Assembly: GCA_025449905.1 (NCBI GenBank)
Contig: JANWIN010000011.1
Span: 724-64,723, forward strand
DNA from: Candidatus Saccharimonadales bacterium
Lineage (GTDB): Bacteria; Patescibacteriota; Saccharimonadia; Saccharimonadales; JANWIN01
Reading direction: 5' to 3'
DNA: 64,000 nt
In this document: positions 62,567-64,000 of the stretch, in pieces
Layout of the letters: each line of letters begins with the position of its first letter
How positions within the stretch are numbered: the stretch's first letter is position 1
Made by a program: the position numbers and the translations under genes
Notes under the pieces: model-generated
The model's input: the letters and a program-made list of their open reading frames with translations, nothing else
Databases searched by the model: none
What the model was told of the DNA's origin: nothing

Positions 62567-64000
62567 AGATCGCCCCAGTTTTCACCAATTGCTGTATCGA
62601 CAGTCAGCTTTACCGGCAGCTTAACGACGTTTTCCATGGTGTTTTTGAGAATTTTGGCGACGTTTTTAGCATCGGCTTTTGGACATTCAACAATTAGGCT
62701 GTCGTGGATTTGCAGTAGCAGTTTACTGTCTTTTTTAAGTTTTTCTGCGACTTCAATCATGGCCATTTTCATAATATCAGCGGCTGTGCCCTGAAACGGC
62801 ATGTTCACTGCTGCGCGCAGGGCGGCCTCGCGTACGGCAAAATTAGACGAATGTACATCCGGCGACGGCCGGCGGCGCCCATACAAAGTCTCGACATAGC
62901 CATTTTTCTGCGCCTGTTCTTTCACGCTCGCAATGTATTTAAGCAATTTGGGCCGAACTTCAAAGTAACGGTCTATAAAATGTTTGGCCTGCTCATAAGT
63001 TATGCCGGTAGCCGCTGTTAAACCATGCGGTCCCAGGCCATACATGATGCCAAAATTTACCACTTTGGCATCGCGCCGCATATTTTTAGTAACGTCTTCC
63101 GGACTGCGGTCATAAATCTGTGCAGCGGTTATGGTATGAATATCAGCATCTTCATTAAAAAGCTTAATCATATCCCGGTCTTCAGATAAAACGGCTGCCA
63201 GTCGCAACTCAAACTGTGAATAATCGGCGCTAACCAATGTCATACCCTTGTCAGCTACAAAGGCAGTGCGGATGCGTTTGCCCAGTTCAGTTTTGACTGG
63301 AATATTCTGCAAGTTCGGATCCGATGAACTCAACCGGCCAGTTGGCGCAATGGTGAGTGAAAAAGTTGTATGCACCCGCGAAGACTCATCAATCATTTTG
63401 GGCAACGTATCAATATATGTGTTCTTTAGTTTAGTGACTTCGCGGTATTGAGTAATTAAATCAATAACTGGATGGGTCCCGCGCAGCTTTTCTAGCTCTG
63501 GCGCGGCCGTTGAAAAAGCGGTTTTTCCCTTCTTGATTCCAGTCACCGGCAACTTTAGTTTGTTAAACAAGACATCAGCCAGCTGGCCGGGGCTGGAAAT
63601 ATTAAATTCCTGGTTGGCAAAACCGTAAATTTGTTGCTCGAGGTCAGAAATCATGTCCTCAACTTGCGCCGACATAAGCTTTAAGTAGCTGGTGTCGAGT
63701 TTTATACCCTCATATTCCATATCAGCTAAGACTTGAATGATCGGCCACTCCACGTCCTCGGCCAGTTTTACAACTTTGGGCAACGGCTTAAGCTCTTTAG
63801 TTTGTTTTTCATGGAGCGCCCGTACTACGGCGACTGTATCGGCTTCGCTGCTGTCAGCCGTCAGGTGAATATTTAGCTCTTCGCCAGCCAGGTCCTCCAG
63901 ATTTAAAACGCGGCGAAGTGGATTTATCAAAAACGCACCTATCATAACGTCATGAGCGATTTTAGTCGGATAAATTTCGAGGCTTCTAAGGGTTTGTAGG
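62563..64000 (-). CDS. polA: DNA polymerase I (polymerase domain visible), partial; N-terminus beyond window end
   Basis: Family A motifs are present: DYSQFELR, RRDAKVVNFGIMYG and QIHDSLIVE. My manual check shows the frame stays open from 63945 to 64000. Confidence 0.92.
   Translation of the reverse strand, partial: LQTLRSLEIYPTKIAHDVMIGAFLINPLRRVLNLEDLAGEELNIHLTADSSEADTVAVVRALHEKQTKELKPLPKVVKLAEDVEWPIIQVLADMEYEGIKLDTSYLKLMSAQVEDMISDLEQQIYGFANQEFNISSPGQLADVLFNKLKLPVTGIKKGKTAFSTAAPELEKLRGTHPVIDLITQYREVTKLKNTYIDTLPKMIDESSRVHTTFSLTIAPTGRLSSSDPNLQNIPVKTELGKRIRTAFVADKGMTLVSADYSQFELRLAAVLSEDRDMIKLFNEDADIHTITAAQIYDRSPEDVTKNMRRDAKVVNFGIMYGLGPHGLTAATGITYEQAKHFIDRYFEVRPKLLKYIASVKEQAQKNGYVETLYGRRRPSPDVHSSNFAVREAALRAAVNMPFQGTAADIMKMAMIEVAEKLKKDSKLLLQIHDSLIVECPKADAKNVAKILKNTMENVVKLPVKLTVDTAIGENWGDL

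Overview
The window is a gene-dense chromosomal segment, roughly 43-45% GC by eye, mostly transcribed from the minus strand. Its gene content looks like a small-genome Patescibacteria/CPR organism, most plausibly Saccharibacteria/TM7-like. That placement is inference only: no database search was possible, and all alignments and folds were done by eye.

Housekeeping content:
- Ribosomal proteins: infC-rpmI-rplT, rpmB, rpsF-ssb-rpsR, rpsO, rpsT.
- Translation and RNA metabolism: efp, thrS, miaA, truB, pnp, RNase J, ychF, tlyA.
- DNA replication and repair: polA, holA, fpg, family-4 UDG, ftsK, a XerC/D recombinase, comM.
- Nucleotide salvage and sanitation: ndk, a PRTase, a deoxyribosyltransferase-like protein, a deaminase, MazG-like, NUDIX and HAD proteins.

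RNA genes found by hand: RNase P RNA (7947-8297, minus) and six tRNAs, all encoding CCA: Pro-GGG, Val-GAC, Asp-GUC, Thr-CGU, Gly-CCC and Arg-CCU.

Accessory content:
- A complete 13-gene type IV pilus locus (21711-33620) with no secretin.
- A 662-aa tandem-repeat surface protein immediately upstream of that locus.
- A T4SS coupling-protein-like ATPase running off the left edge, not in the ORF track, next to an 800-bp AT-rich gene-free region.
- A processive GT2 glycosyltransferase.
- An orphan histidine kinase.

Most interesting observation: a dispersed family of about 156-168 nt structured repeats, previously unrecognised by me.
- There are four copies: 9481-9636 (+), 20628-20795 (+), 38369-38536 (-) and 50017-50175 (-).
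- All share one helix architecture, and several helices differ in sequence between copies while staying complementary.
- One copy occludes the xerC ribosome-binding site.
- One copy fills a 5' UTR.
- One copy sits in-frame inside the uracil-DNA glycosylase ORF, reminiscent of Rickettsia palindromic elements.

Other leads: a promoter-to-terminator sRNA candidate (14978-15191), a structured terminator-containing thrS leader upstream of an editing-domain-less ThrRS, a relic duplicate of the ychF 3' end, and solitary PurD-like and PurM-like genes.
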